This document shows positions 1 through 9,698 of a DNA stretch of 64,000 nt, in pieces (the first letter of the stretch is position 1; each line of letters opens with the position of its first letter). The stretch comes from Alphaproteobacteria bacterium (GTDB taxonomy: Bacteria > Pseudomonadota > Alphaproteobacteria > SHVV01), in assembly GCA_965261735.1 (NCBI GenBank), contig OZ253470.1:256001-320000 (forward strand), read 5' to 3'. Both the position numbers and the translations under genes were made by a program. The notes below the pieces were generated by a model, which worked only from the letters and a program-made list of their open reading frames with translations, was not told the DNA's origin and did no database searches.

Positions 1-8
1 CCGGGGGC

Positions 9-356
9 ATGCTCGGATCCACGGTTGGAAGCGGCAAGCTCGGGATCGGGGCCACCGTGGCAGGAACCATGGCGGGGTCGTTTCCCGGTGGTGAGATCGG
101 CGTCTCGCTCGACAAGCTGTATGCGGCCCGCACACGGCAAGCGTTGCTGGAAACCCGTCCAAGCGGGGTGCCCTCGTGCTGGCGCAATCCCGAAACCGGT
201 AACGCAGGGGCGATTACACCGACCCGCACCTACAGATCGGCCGCCGGAATCTACTGCAGGGAATACCAACTCACCGCGACCGCCGGCGGGCGCACCGGGC
301 AAGCCCACGGCAGCGCCTGCCGCCAGCCCGACGGCTCGTGGCGGGTATCGAACCAG
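9..356 (+). pseudogene. 17-kDa surface antigen-like (RT0821/Lpp0805, glycine-zipper) lipoprotein fragment; 5' end probably outside the window and stop codon apparently lost
   Basis: Glycine zipper (GSTVGSG..GATVAGTMAGS..GGEIG) followed by WRNPETGNAGAITPTRTY..YCREYQ..G.....G.ACRQPDGSWRV, the typical C-terminus of this family. It runs without a stop into the ParB frame. Confidence 0.7.
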
Positions 357-557
357 CACCGCGCCTGCCCATGGCGGCCTGCCCGGCGCTGGAACGGCGG
401 CGATCGATCCAGCTGTCCTTGCACGGTCCAACCGTTCCGGCCCATCCGGTTCCGTTACGCCGGCGAGAGCGAGAGCTTGAGCCGAAGGCGGGCGAGGGCG
501 GATGCCGAAGAGGGTGTCCCCGCCCGGTTCCGCATTCACGCAATCCCGGAGACCGAC

Positions 558-3074
558 ATGCACGACCCCGAACGCGACATCCCGCTGTCCCAACTCGAAC
601 TCTCGCCCGGCAATGTGCGCAAGACGCCAGCCGATGCTTCAGCCTTCACCGAGCTCAAGGCCTCGATCGCTGCCCACGGGCTGCTCGAGAACCTGATTGC
701 CCGTTCCATGGGACCCGGCCCCGATGGTATCGGGCGCTACGCGGTGATCGCCGGCGGACGGCGGTTGGCTGCGATGCAGGCGCTGGCCGCCGAGGGCGCG
801 CTGGACGAAGACCACCCCGTACCATGCCGCATGATCGGCGGTATCGTGGCGGCCGAAGAAGTTTCGCTGGCCGAGAACACTGTCCGCGCCGCCATGCACC
901 CGGCCGATCAGGTCGAGGCGTTCCGCCGCCTCGCCGATGCGGGCAGCACGGCCGCGGCCATCGCGACCCGCTTCGGGGTCTCGGAACGCACCGTGGAGAA
1001 ACGGCTGCGGCTCGGCAACGCCGCACCGGTGCTGCTCGAAGCCTACCGCGCGGGCGAGATCGATCTGGAAACATTGATGGCCTTCGCCGTCACCACGGAT
1101 CAGGCGCGCCAGAGCGCGGTCTGGGAGACGGTGGGCCAGCAGGGCTACCGGCCCGGTGCCTGGCAGATCAAGCGCCTGCTGACCGAGGACCGGGTAGCCG
1201 CTACATCCACCATCGCGCGTTTCGTCGGCATCAAGGCTTACGAGGCGGCGGGCGGCAGGATCGACCGCGACCTGTTCGCCGAGGAGGACGAGCGGGGGAT
1301 CTGGTTCGACGATCCCGATCTCTTGAACAATCTCGCCATGGACAGTCTACAAGTGGCGGCGAGGGAACTGGAGACGCGCTGGAAATGGGCCGAGGCGCGG
1401 CCCGACATGGACTGGAGCGCCACCGCCGCCTTCGGGCGGGTGCGTCCGCAACCGGCCGAGCCGAAGGACGAGGAGAAGGCCGAGATCGAACGCTTGAGGA
1501 CCCGCAACGACGAACTCGCCAGCATGGACGACGAGGACTGGACCGAAGAGCTGGTCGAAGAAGCCGAAGCCAACGAGACGCGCCTGGACGAGATCGAAGC
1601 CGTGATCGGGGCCCGCGCGGTCTACCGTCGCGAGGATATCGCCATCGCCGGGTGCATCGCCACCATCGGCAACGATGGCGAACTCAAACTGATCCAGGGC
1701 CTGGTCAGGCCCGAGGACATGCCCGCGCGCGAAGCAGGCGATGCGAACATGGCCGGACAAGACGATACCGGCGACGGGGAGAGCGCCAGTTCCAACATCG
1801 AGGCTCCCACACTTGCGGCTCCCCTCGCTTCGCCCGGTGATGCGGAAGCCGAGGCGCGCAAGGAAGCGGGCGTCGGCATCGGACTCGCCGACGATCTGCG
1901 GGCCATCCGCACGGCCATCGTCAAGAGCCAGCTCGCCTGCGACTTCGAGGCGGCCTTCGATCTCCTGCTGTTCCAGCTTGCCCGTGGCGTGTTTACCAAC
2001 GGCTACCATGACGACGCGCTCGACATAAGAGCAGTTGAGACCCCGGACCGTCCGGCCATGCGGGTCAACGACGATGCTTTCGGCGACATCAATATCGGCG
2101 AGAAGCACCTCGAGATCGACAGTGCCGCACAAAAACTCGACTGGACCGGCCTGTCCGATACCGAGGCCTTCGCCGAGCTGCGAGCGCTTCCCGAGCGGGA
2201 CAAACGGACCCTGTTCGCGTCCTGTGTCGCGCGCACGCTGAAAGGCCAACTGGCGTTCGAACCCAAAGCCCGGCCGGAGGTCGAAGCGACCGTGGCCCGG
2301 CTCGGCATCGATTTCGCAGCCGCCGTCCGGGGCAACAGCGATCAGCTCTGGACCGCCGATCTGCTGTGGTCGCGGCTGCGCAAGGACCGAATCCTCGCCA
2401 TCGCCCGCGAAACGCTGGGCGAGACCTGGGCGCAAGCCGAGGCCAAGCGGAAGAAGGCCGACATTGCCAAGGCGATGCAGGATGCTTTCGCCCACGGCGA
2501 CGGCGTGCCCGCCGGGGTCACGGCCGAGGGCCGCGCCGCGGCCATTGCCTGGACGCCCCCCGGCTTCCGCGCCTTCGATACGGGCGCCGTCGACGACAGC
2601 GCCTCGGCTGATGATGAGGGGACAACCGCCCCCGAACCGCAACCGTCGAAGATCGATACGCCATCGGTCGATGCGCTGGAACACAGCAGCGTCGACCCAT
2701 CGGCCGCGGATGGCGAAGCCCCGCAAGACGACGCTATGGAAGCCGATGCACTGCCGGGCGCCGCCGCCGCACCCACTCCGGTGGAGGCACAGCAGCCCAT
2801 GAACGCACGCGTTCATTCCGTCGTCGAGAGCATCGATGCTCCCGCCGTGGCCGAATGCCGCGCCGCCGCACTCGCCTCGGGCATGAACGCGGATGCAACG
2901 CCCCCGGTCGCGGCGTCCTCAACGGAAGCGGCCGACCCGCCCGCCGGCGACGCCGGCGCGGGTGACCATGACGTGTCCGTAGAGCGGGAACAGGTCCTGG
3001 CCCCGCCGCGTGGCAACGGCCGCGACGACAATGCGGGGTTGCTGGAGATACCGGCTTTCCTGCGCCGCGGCTGA
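558..3074 (+). CDS. ParB/RepB/Spo0J-family protein (long plasmid/ICE leading-region type)
   Basis: GGAG RBS before ATG 558; IPLSQLELSPGNVRK, GLLENL, IAGGRRLAA, SLAENTVRAAMHPADQ, HTH (IATRFGVSERTVEKRLRLG); acidic low-complexity tail ending LEIPAFLRRG. Confidence 0.9.
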   Translation: MHDPERDIPLSQLELSPGNVRKTPADASAFTELKASIAAHGLLENLIARSMGPGPDGIGRYAVIAGGRRLAAMQALAAEGALDEDHPVPCRMIGGIVAAEEVSLAENTVRAAMHPADQVEAFRRLADAGSTAAAIATRFGVSERTVEKRLRLGNAAPVLLEAYRAGEIDLETLMAFAVTTDQARQSAVWETVGQQGYRPGAWQIKRLLTEDRVAATSTIARFVGIKAYEAAGGRIDRDLFAEEDERGIWFDDPDLLNNLAMDSLQVAARELETRWKWAEARPDMDWSATAAFGRVRPQPAEPKDEEKAEIERLRTRNDELASMDDEDWTEELVEEAEANETRLDEIEAVIGARAVYRREDIAIAGCIATIGNDGELKLIQGLVRPEDMPAREAGDANMAGQDDTGDGESASSNIEAPTLAAPLASPGDAEAEARKEAGVGIGLADDLRAIRTAIVKSQLACDFEAAFDLLLFQLARGVFTNGYHDDALDIRAVETPDRPAMRVNDDAFGDINIGEKHLEIDSAAQKLDWTGLSDTEAFAELRALPERDKRTLFASCVARTLKGQLAFEPKARPEVEATVARLGIDFAAAVRGNSDQLWTADLLWSRLRKDRILAIARETLGETWAQAEAKRKKADIAKAMQDAFAHGDGVPAGVTAEGRAAAIAWTPPGFRAFDTGAVDDSASADDEGTTAPEPQPSKIDTPSVDALEHSSVDPSAADGEAPQDDAMEADALPGAAAAPTPVEAQQPMNARVHSVVESIDAPAVAECRAAALASGMNADATPPVAASSTEAADPPAGDAGAGDHDVSVEREQVLAPPRGNGRDDNAGLLEIPAFLRRG

Positions 3075-3098
3075 GCCACCGCGTTCTTCCCTCACAAC

Positions 3099-3135
3099 AA
3101 CGCCCCGCCGGCTCCATACCGGCGGGGCGTTTTTC
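3099..3135 (+). terminator. Rho-independent terminator
   Basis: Perfect 13-bp stem AACGCCCCGCCGG / CCGGCGGGGCGTT with a 7-nt loop and a T-tract, right after the parB-like stop. Confidence 0.8.
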
Positions 3136-3165
3136 ATTCCCGCACCGACAATCAGGAGATTCCAT

Positions 3166-4956
3166 ATGTCTACCGCACAGAATGCCGTTACGGCCGAGCC
3201 CGGCAATGGTTCGGCCGCGATCCGCGCCCGGGTCGGAGACAGCGCCATCGACAAGGTGACCCGGCTGTTTTCGGCTGGCCTTGCCGATATTTTCACCGAG
3301 ACACTGCAAAACTCACGCCGTGCCGGGGCCAACCGCGTTGCCGCGACCATCGAGCAGGATGGCGATGGCACCCGCGTCACCCTCGCCGACGACGGCGCAG
3401 GGATCGCCGATCCCGCAATCCTGCTGACCTTCGGCGAGAGCAACTGGAAAGCCGGTATCGCCGAGGCCGAAGATCCCGCCGGGTTCGGGCTTCTCGCCCT
3501 CTCGCGCCGGGGCTGCACCCTGCGCTGGCGCCTCCCCGGCGGGGACCCAAGCCCCGGCTACCGCCTGGTGCTCGAGCCCGCTCACTTCCTCGGCCGCGAT
3601 GCGGCTCATGTCGTCCCGGACAACAGCGCCCCCTGGCCGCATGGGACCGCGGTCACCTTCGAGGCGTCGGAAGCGCCCCACGCGGTCCGCGCATTCCTCG
3701 AGACCGCCGCGCGGTATTATCCCCTGCCGGTCACCATTGGCGGCGAGACCGTCGAACGCCGCGCCTTCCTCGACGGCGCGCTCCATGCCGAGCCATGGAA
3801 GGGCCTCGTGTTCGGCGTCTTCAAGGACAGCCATGCGGGCTACCGCGTGCCCGACGTCAACTTCCATGGCCTCACCCTGCCGGTGCGCCTGCCCCAGATC
3901 GACACGATAGAAGGCGGCGTCTGGTCGGCACGGGCCGACATCGAGTCCTGCCCCGATCTCGAGCTGGTCCTGCCCGCGAGAAAGGAAGCGGTGGAGACCC
4001 CGTTTATGGAAGAGATGCGCGACGCCGCGCGGCTTACCGTCTACCGCACCATGGCGCAGGCCGATCCGGCCCCGCGGGTTGCCTGGACCGACTGGCACAA
4101 GACGAAAGAGGCCGGAATCGAGATGCCCGAGCCGCCCGCCGAGCTACGCCCCTGGTGTCCCGCCATCGCCGACACCGACTATTGGGACGAGCGGTCCGCT
4201 TTTACGGCGGTGGGTTCCGACACTCCGGTAATGCAGGCCGACCCCGAGCCGCCCGAGGCCCAGGCGCTCCATCGCGCCCTCGGCCTTACCGGACTCCAGG
4301 GCGGATCGGAATGCACGCTCAAGCTGTTCGCCCCCGAGCCGCGTTTCGAAGGTTATCCCTGGTACGACGCGCTCGCGCGTGTCACCGGCATCGAGACCCT
4401 CGTTACCGTGGATGGCGCCGTTCGTTCACTGGATTACTTCACCAACCGGGAGAACGGCGGCGAGCCGGAACGGCCCGAGATCATCGTGATGCACCTGAAC
4501 GTTCTGTATCCGCCCAAGTCCCGGCGCCATTGCTTCCGCAAATGCGACACCATCGCCGTCCCCGCCGATCTCGCCTTCGCGGGCGAGGCCTGGTCGTCGG
4601 TTCATGACGCGCTGCCCCTGGTGACGGCGGACAGCGATATCGCGCCCGAGGAACTCGCCCGACTGTTGCGCGCCGCATACTTCAGCCCCAGCGACGACGC
4701 GGATGCGGACTCTTGGGAAACACAACTCACCCGCTTCGAGGAAGACGCCCTGCATATGTCGCTCAGGCTCATGTGCTCGGTCGAGGAAGCCCGCCAGCGC
4801 ACCATCGCCGATGCGGTATGGCGGGAAATCTTCTGGCTCATGCCGCACGGCCGCACGGTCACCATCGTGGTGTGCGGCGGCAAGGTCAGCGTCGATATCG
4901 GACCCGTGTGCACCGAAGCCGCAACCGCTTCCGAAACCGGGGAGGCGGCGCAATGA
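3166..4956 (+). CDS. GHKL (HATPase_c-like) ATP-binding protein with long uncharacterised C-terminus
   Basis: AGGAG RBS; N-box ETLQNSRRAGA, G1 box LADDGAGI, G2 box DPAGFGL, G3 box HGTAVTF. Confidence 0.75.
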   Translation: MSTAQNAVTAEPGNGSAAIRARVGDSAIDKVTRLFSAGLADIFTETLQNSRRAGANRVAATIEQDGDGTRVTLADDGAGIADPAILLTFGESNWKAGIAEAEDPAGFGLLALSRRGCTLRWRLPGGDPSPGYRLVLEPAHFLGRDAAHVVPDNSAPWPHGTAVTFEASEAPHAVRAFLETAARYYPLPVTIGGETVERRAFLDGALHAEPWKGLVFGVFKDSHAGYRVPDVNFHGLTLPVRLPQIDTIEGGVWSARADIESCPDLELVLPARKEAVETPFMEEMRDAARLTVYRTMAQADPAPRVAWTDWHKTKEAGIEMPEPPAELRPWCPAIADTDYWDERSAFTAVGSDTPVMQADPEPPEAQALHRALGLTGLQGGSECTLKLFAPEPRFEGYPWYDALARVTGIETLVTVDGAVRSLDYFTNRENGGEPERPEIIVMHLNVLYPPKSRRHCFRKCDTIAVPADLAFAGEAWSSVHDALPLVTADSDIAPEELARLLRAAYFSPSDDADADSWETQLTRFEEDALHMSLRLMCSVEEARQRTIADAVWREIFWLMPHGRTVTIVVCGGKVSVDIGPVCTEAATASETGEAAQ

Positions 4957-5729
4957 CCCACTACACGGTGTGTTGCTGCTACGCATCCCACTACCACAAC
5001 ACTGTAACGGTCGAAGCCGATAGCCTCGACGAGGCGCTGGAAAAGGCCATCGAGCAATCCGGCGACGACCCCCACTGGAAGTCCGTGGACCAGGCCAGTC
5101 AAACATTCGTCGAGGCCCTGGCCGAAGGTGAGGCCGCAGACCCCTGCGGCGATACCGCGATCGCCATTCCGGATCGTTTCACCCAGAACGGCGAGCCGCC
5201 AGTAGTCACACTGACCGGCCTCCGCCCGCCCGGAGGCATCGAGGTCGCGGGCGGCACCGTCCGTATTCGTTTCGTCGAACACGCCGGCACGGTCACGACG
5301 GAAGTCACCGATCCGCCGGCACCGCCGGACAACAAGCCTCTGGTCACCGTTCGCCGCAGAACCGATGGCGCTCCGGATGTGGCCGTCAGCGGCGGCCGTG
5401 CACGCGTGCTCATTCTGGATCCCGGCGACCCCGGACCGCCGCCGGCCGGCTGGTCGCCGGCGGCATTCGTCCATCGCAAACCGCCTGCCTTGCGCCACCC
5501 CGGGCCGGGACCGGTTTCCGGCCCGGCGCGGACGCCCGGGCCGCGGGCGCATCCCGATGACCGACATTCGAGAGGACCATTCCATGAAACTGCTCACCGA
5601 AGCACAGCGCACCAAGCTGCTTGCAAATGGGACCCGAAGGGGGGCCGACCACAAGCCCGTGGTCAAGTGGTTCAATGCTGGCGGGACCGGCACCTGGCTG
5701 CTGTCGGAACTCGATCCCGAATACCCTGA
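4953..5729 (+). CDS. Hypothetical protein
   Basis: ATGA overlap with the upstream stop, GGAGG RBS, good codon usage to ~5430. The Pro-rich 3' part overlaps the next gene, so the true end is uncertain. Confidence 0.55.
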   Translation: MTHYTVCCCYASHYHNTVTVEADSLDEALEKAIEQSGDDPHWKSVDQASQTFVEALAEGEAADPCGDTAIAIPDRFTQNGEPPVVTLTGLRPPGGIEVAGGTVRIRFVEHAGTVTTEVTDPPAPPDNKPLVTVRRRTDGAPDVAVSGGRARVLILDPGDPGPPPAGWSPAAFVHRKPPALRHPGPGPVSGPARTPGPRAHPDDRHSRGPFHETAHRSTAHQAACKWDPKGGRPQARGQVVQCWRDRHLAAVGTRSRIP

Positions 5730-6021
5730 CGAATGTGGATTCGGCCTGGCTGATTTGGGCTTCGGCACACCCGAATTAGGGTCAATCGGTTTACTTGAAT
5801 TGACCGAATACCGGGGACCCTTCGGGCTCGGCATAGAGCGCGATATTCACTTTACCGCAGCCTTTTCCCTATCCATTTACGCAGAAGCCGCGCGCGCCGC
5901 GGGGCATATCGTCGAATCGGGACCCGAACTCGAAGCCGCTGCCCGCATTCTCGCCGGCGAGCCTGCAGACCCAGCAGCTTCGGCAAAGCCGGCGAACCGG
6001 CCTGAGGGACGGAAACCGTAA
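5584..6021 (+). CDS. DUF2958 family protein
   Basis: LLTEAQRTKLLANG..DHKPVVKWF....GTWLLSELDP...FGLADLGFGTPELGSIGLLEL....GPFGLGIERDIHF matches the DUF2958 signature. Confidence 0.9.
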   Translation: MKLLTEAQRTKLLANGTRRGADHKPVVKWFNAGGTGTWLLSELDPEYPDECGFGLADLGFGTPELGSIGLLELTEYRGPFGLGIERDIHFTAAFSLSIYAEAARAAGHIVESGPELEAAARILAGEPADPAASAKPANRPEGRKP

Positions 6022-6231
6022 GCGGCAAAACAGCGTTTCACCGCCGCCAACCCTGAACGGCGTCACCGCCACCGCTTCCCGGCCGCGCTCCACGAACCCT
6101 GCCCGGACACGTGCCGGCCACAGGCCGGCGAGAGCCGGTGTCGAAGCCAGGGGCTGGGCAAAGGGGCGGGCCGTCCGTGGGGCCGTCCGCGCCGCAACTC
6201 ATCCATCCCACCTGCCAGCCTGGAGCATGCC

Positions 6232-7257
6232 ATGACCGACCCCGATACCATCTCCGCCGACTACTCGCTGCGCCCGAGCGAACTCGCCAGCACACTGGCG
6301 CTGCTGGTCGAAGCCCGTCAACCGGTGGTGGTCTGGGGAGCTCCAGGGTGCGCCAAGAGTCAGATCGCCCAACAGGTCGCGGCGCAAGCCGGCCGTGAGT
6401 ATGTCGATGTCCGCGCCCTGCTGTTGGACCCGGTCGATCTGCGCGGCATCCCGTGGCGCGACGGCGCCGACCGCACCCGCTGGGCGCCGCCGGCCTTCCT
6501 GCCGCCGTCGGACGCGGACGGAAGCTGGTTGATCAACCTGGAGGAACTGCCCTCGGCCGTGCCGATGGTGCAGGCGGCCCTGTACCAGCTCGTGCTTGAC
6601 CGCAAATGCGGCGAGTACGAACTCCCCGAAGGCGCCGCGTTGATCGCCTGCGGCAACCGCGAGGGCGACCGCGGTGTTGTCCACCGCATGCCCACACCGC
6701 TGGCATCGCGCTTCGTCCATCTGGAGATCCGGGTCGATGCGGCGGACTGGTGCGCCTGGGGTGCAGCGAATGGAATCGCTCCGGAGGTCCTTTTCTTCGT
6801 GTCGATGCGACCCGAGCTGTTGCATGCCTTCAACCCCCAATCGACGGAGAAAGCTTTCCCGTGTCCGAGGACATGGGAGATGGTCTCGAACATCGTGCAC
6901 CGCCGCAACGGCCTCGATCCCGTCGCCGAGCGGGCCCTGTTCCGGGGCACCGTCGGCGAGGCCGCGGCGGTCGAGTTCTCGGCCTTCTTGCAAGTCTGGC
7001 ACGAGCTGCCCCATCCCCGCACCGTCATCGACGATCCCGAGGGCGCCGTGATCCCCGGCAACGCCAGCGCGCTGATCGCGCTGTGCGGTTCGCTCTACAG
7101 GATGGCCGACGACATCAATCTCGGCGCCATCGTCACCTATGCGACAAGGCTCCGGCGCGAGGTCGGCGAGTTCCTCGTCGGCTCCTGCATCCGCCGCGAG
7201 CCCGCGCTCCAGCACACCCAGGCTTTCATCCAGTGGGCCGCCACCAAAACCCGCTGA
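6232..7257 (+). CDS. MoxR/AAA_5-like AAA+ ATPase
   Basis: Walker A WGAPGCAKS, DPVDLRGIP, Walker B LINLEEL, VQAALYQLVLDR, ACGNR, arginine finger PLASRF, PCPRTWE. Confidence 0.88.
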   Translation: MTDPDTISADYSLRPSELASTLALLVEARQPVVVWGAPGCAKSQIAQQVAAQAGREYVDVRALLLDPVDLRGIPWRDGADRTRWAPPAFLPPSDADGSWLINLEELPSAVPMVQAALYQLVLDRKCGEYELPEGAALIACGNREGDRGVVHRMPTPLASRFVHLEIRVDAADWCAWGAANGIAPEVLFFVSMRPELLHAFNPQSTEKAFPCPRTWEMVSNIVHRRNGLDPVAERALFRGTVGEAAAVEFSAFLQVWHELPHPRTVIDDPEGAVIPGNASALIALCGSLYRMADDINLGAIVTYATRLRREVGEFLVGSCIRREPALQHTQAFIQWAATKTR

Positions 7258-7280
7258 CCCCGCATCAGGAGACCAACCCC

Positions 7281-8177
7281 ATGAATCTCACCCATGACGC
7301 CATGCTCGTCAGCCTGCGGATCAACTCCTGGTCCGGCAGGCTCTACGACCGCCAGGCCAGCCAACAGGTCGCCATCCATCACGACGCCGACACCAATGCC
7401 GGGCGCTACAACAAACGCCTCCTGCCCAAGCAGGCCTTCGCCGCGCTGGCCGCGACCATGAGCAATGCGAGGACCAGTCACTACGCCAACACCCTGCCCT
7501 GGGACGACCAGGGCGGGCGCCTTCTCACCGTCGCCAACTACGACCGCTACACCACGGCATTGGACACGCTGGTCGAGCGCGTGGTGCGCGAGCGCGCCCG
7601 CTTCATCGAGGACTACGACGATTACGTGGACCAGGCCCGCCTCGACCTCGGCCGGCTGTTCCGCCTGGAAGATTATCCCGCCACAGAGGCGCTTCAGGGC
7701 AAGTTCGCCATTCGCTACCGCATTGTCCCGGTCCCCGACGCGCGCCACTTCATGGCCGATCTGGCCCAGGGCGAGACCGAGCGCGTCAGGCGGGATATCG
7801 AGCAACAGGTCCGGACCCGTCTCAACGATGCCCAGCGCGATCTCTACCGGCGCCTGGGCGAGGCGGTCGAGCGTGTCGGCGAACGCTTGCGCGAGGACGA
7901 GAACGGCAAGCCGCTGGTGTTCCGCGACAGCCTGATCGAGAACATCAGGGAGCTGGTGGACGTGGTCCCCCGGCTCAACATCTTCGCCGACGACGACCTG
8001 GCCATGCTGTGCCGCGAGGTGAAAGACAAGTTCGCCGGTGTCGAGCCCGACGCCCTGCGCCCGTCTGGCCGCTTCGATCCCAACCTCCGCCGTCAGGTCA
8101 AGCGCGACGCCGATGCGCTCACGGCGCAATTCGCGGGCTACTTCGCGCCCGCCGCCGAGAACAGGGAGGCAGCCTGA
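7281..8177 (+). CDS. DUF3150-like helical protein
   Basis: AGGAG RBS; MLVSLRINSWSG, GRYNKRLLP, TLPW..GGRLL, F..DYP, FRDSLIEN. Lies between the AAA+ and VWA genes. Confidence 0.65.
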   Translation: MNLTHDAMLVSLRINSWSGRLYDRQASQQVAIHHDADTNAGRYNKRLLPKQAFAALAATMSNARTSHYANTLPWDDQGGRLLTVANYDRYTTALDTLVERVVRERARFIEDYDDYVDQARLDLGRLFRLEDYPATEALQGKFAIRYRIVPVPDARHFMADLAQGETERVRRDIEQQVRTRLNDAQRDLYRRLGEAVERVGERLREDENGKPLVFRDSLIENIRELVDVVPRLNIFADDDLAMLCREVKDKFAGVEPDALRPSGRFDPNLRRQVKRDADALTAQFAGYFAPAAENREAA

Positions 8178-9505
8178 TGGCCGCCCATGCCCGCTCGGAA
8201 TCCGCCCGGCGCGTCAGCGACTGCGTGACCGCGCTGCTGCGCGACCAGCCCTTCTTCGGCAGCCTGGCATTGCGCCTTCCGATCCGCGCCGACGCAACCC
8301 GCGAGACCCTGGCCAGCGACGGCAAGGATATCCGCTATGCGCCCCAATGGGTGGCGGACACCGACGCCGACCGGATCAAGACCGCGCTTGCGCGCGTGGT
8401 CCTGGCCTGTGCGTTGAAGCATCACACCCGGCGGGGCGGCCGCGACCCGGAGCGCTGGCAACGGGCCTCGCAGCTGGTCACCCACGGCCTGCTGCGGGAC
8501 GCGGGCTTCGTACTGCCGCCAGAGGCTGAAGCCTGGGATGGCATCAGCGCCGAGCAGGCCTACGACCGGCTTCCCGAACCTCAGGACGACGCGCTGGAGC
8601 CGGACGACGCTTCTTCATCCGGGGACCAGGATGGCGGCGGGGGCCTTCAATCCGGCGACAACGACCCATCCGATCCAACCGATGACGGCAGTCCGCAAGA
8701 GCAGGACGAATCGGGTGCAAATAATGGTAACCCGGGTTCGAAACCGTCCGGGCAGATGCCCGCCAGCCACGACCCTTGCGGCACCGGCGAGGTCATGGAC
8801 GCGGACGAGCGCCGCGACGACACCGGCCAGTCCGGCGAGTCGCCGGTGGACACGCCCGCCGAGGAGCAGGCTTGGGACGAGGCCATGCACCAGGCCGCGA
8901 GCCTCGCCCGGGCGCAAGGCAATGCGCCGGGCGCCGTCGAAGAGACGATCCGCCACGCGCACCGGAGCATCCTCGACTGGCGGTCGCTCTTGCGCCGCTA
9001 CATGACCGATGCCGCGCGCCGCGATTATAGCTGGAGCGTTCCCAACCGGCGTTTCATCGACAGCGGCCTCTATCTGCCCTCGATGCACGCGGAGGGCATC
9101 GATACCATCGCCATCATCATCGACACCTCCGGCTCGCTGCCGGGCGAAACGCTGGCCCTGTTCTGGGCCGAGGTCCGCGAGATCGCCGCCGAACTGCAAC
9201 CGGACAGCATCTTCGTCCTTCAGGTCGACGCGGTGCTGCAGGACGCGGCCGAGTATTCCGCCGGGGATCTGCCCAACAGCATCTCGATCAAGGGGCGCGG
9301 CGGGACCGATTTCCGGCCCGGCTTCGCGTGGCTCCATGAGCAAGGGGTGCGTCCAGGCTGCTGCCTCTACCTGACCGACATGGAATGCGACAGCTACCCC
9401 GAGGCGGCGCCCCTATATCCTGTGGCCTGGTGCGTCTGGGGATCCCCACACGGCGATCGATACCGCGAGCCCTGGGGCGAGCGCATCGACATCGGACCGG
9501 CCTGA
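8177..9505 (+). CDS. DUF2201 (metallopeptidase-like N-terminus + VWA-like C-terminus) protein
   Basis: TGATG coupling; PFFGSLAL, TLASDG, acidic linker, LDWRSLLRRY, PNRRF...LYLPS, MIDAS DTSGS, GRGGTDFRPGF, YLTD. Confidence 0.88.
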   Translation: MAAHARSESARRVSDCVTALLRDQPFFGSLALRLPIRADATRETLASDGKDIRYAPQWVADTDADRIKTALARVVLACALKHHTRRGGRDPERWQRASQLVTHGLLRDAGFVLPPEAEAWDGISAEQAYDRLPEPQDDALEPDDASSSGDQDGGGGLQSGDNDPSDPTDDGSPQEQDESGANNGNPGSKPSGQMPASHDPCGTGEVMDADERRDDTGQSGESPVDTPAEEQAWDEAMHQAASLARAQGNAPGAVEETIRHAHRSILDWRSLLRRYMTDAARRDYSWSVPNRRFIDSGLYLPSMHAEGIDTIAIIIDTSGSLPGETLALFWAEVREIAAELQPDSIFVLQVDAVLQDAAEYSAGDLPNSISIKGRGGTDFRPGFAWLHEQGVRPGCCLYLTDMECDSYPEAAPLYPVAWCVWGSPHGDRYREPWGERIDIGPA

Positions 9506-9698
9506 TACCGCGGGCCGCGCCCGCGTAATCCTCCATATCCGTGCTCCCGCCCGCAAGGAGACGGGTTGCGCTGAGGCCGGGTGAACCGGGGCCGGGAGAG
9601 CGAGGACACCGGCTTCCGGCGCCACCCGGCCCTTCGCCGGAGCCGTAAGGCCCCGGGGCTCCGATTCCGGCCCGCTCTTTCCAATTGGGAGATTATTC

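Noticed and set aside
9-3074. Single 1021-aa fusion protein
   Set aside because: ParB has its own RBS and ATG at 558; the joining segment looks like non-coding leader.
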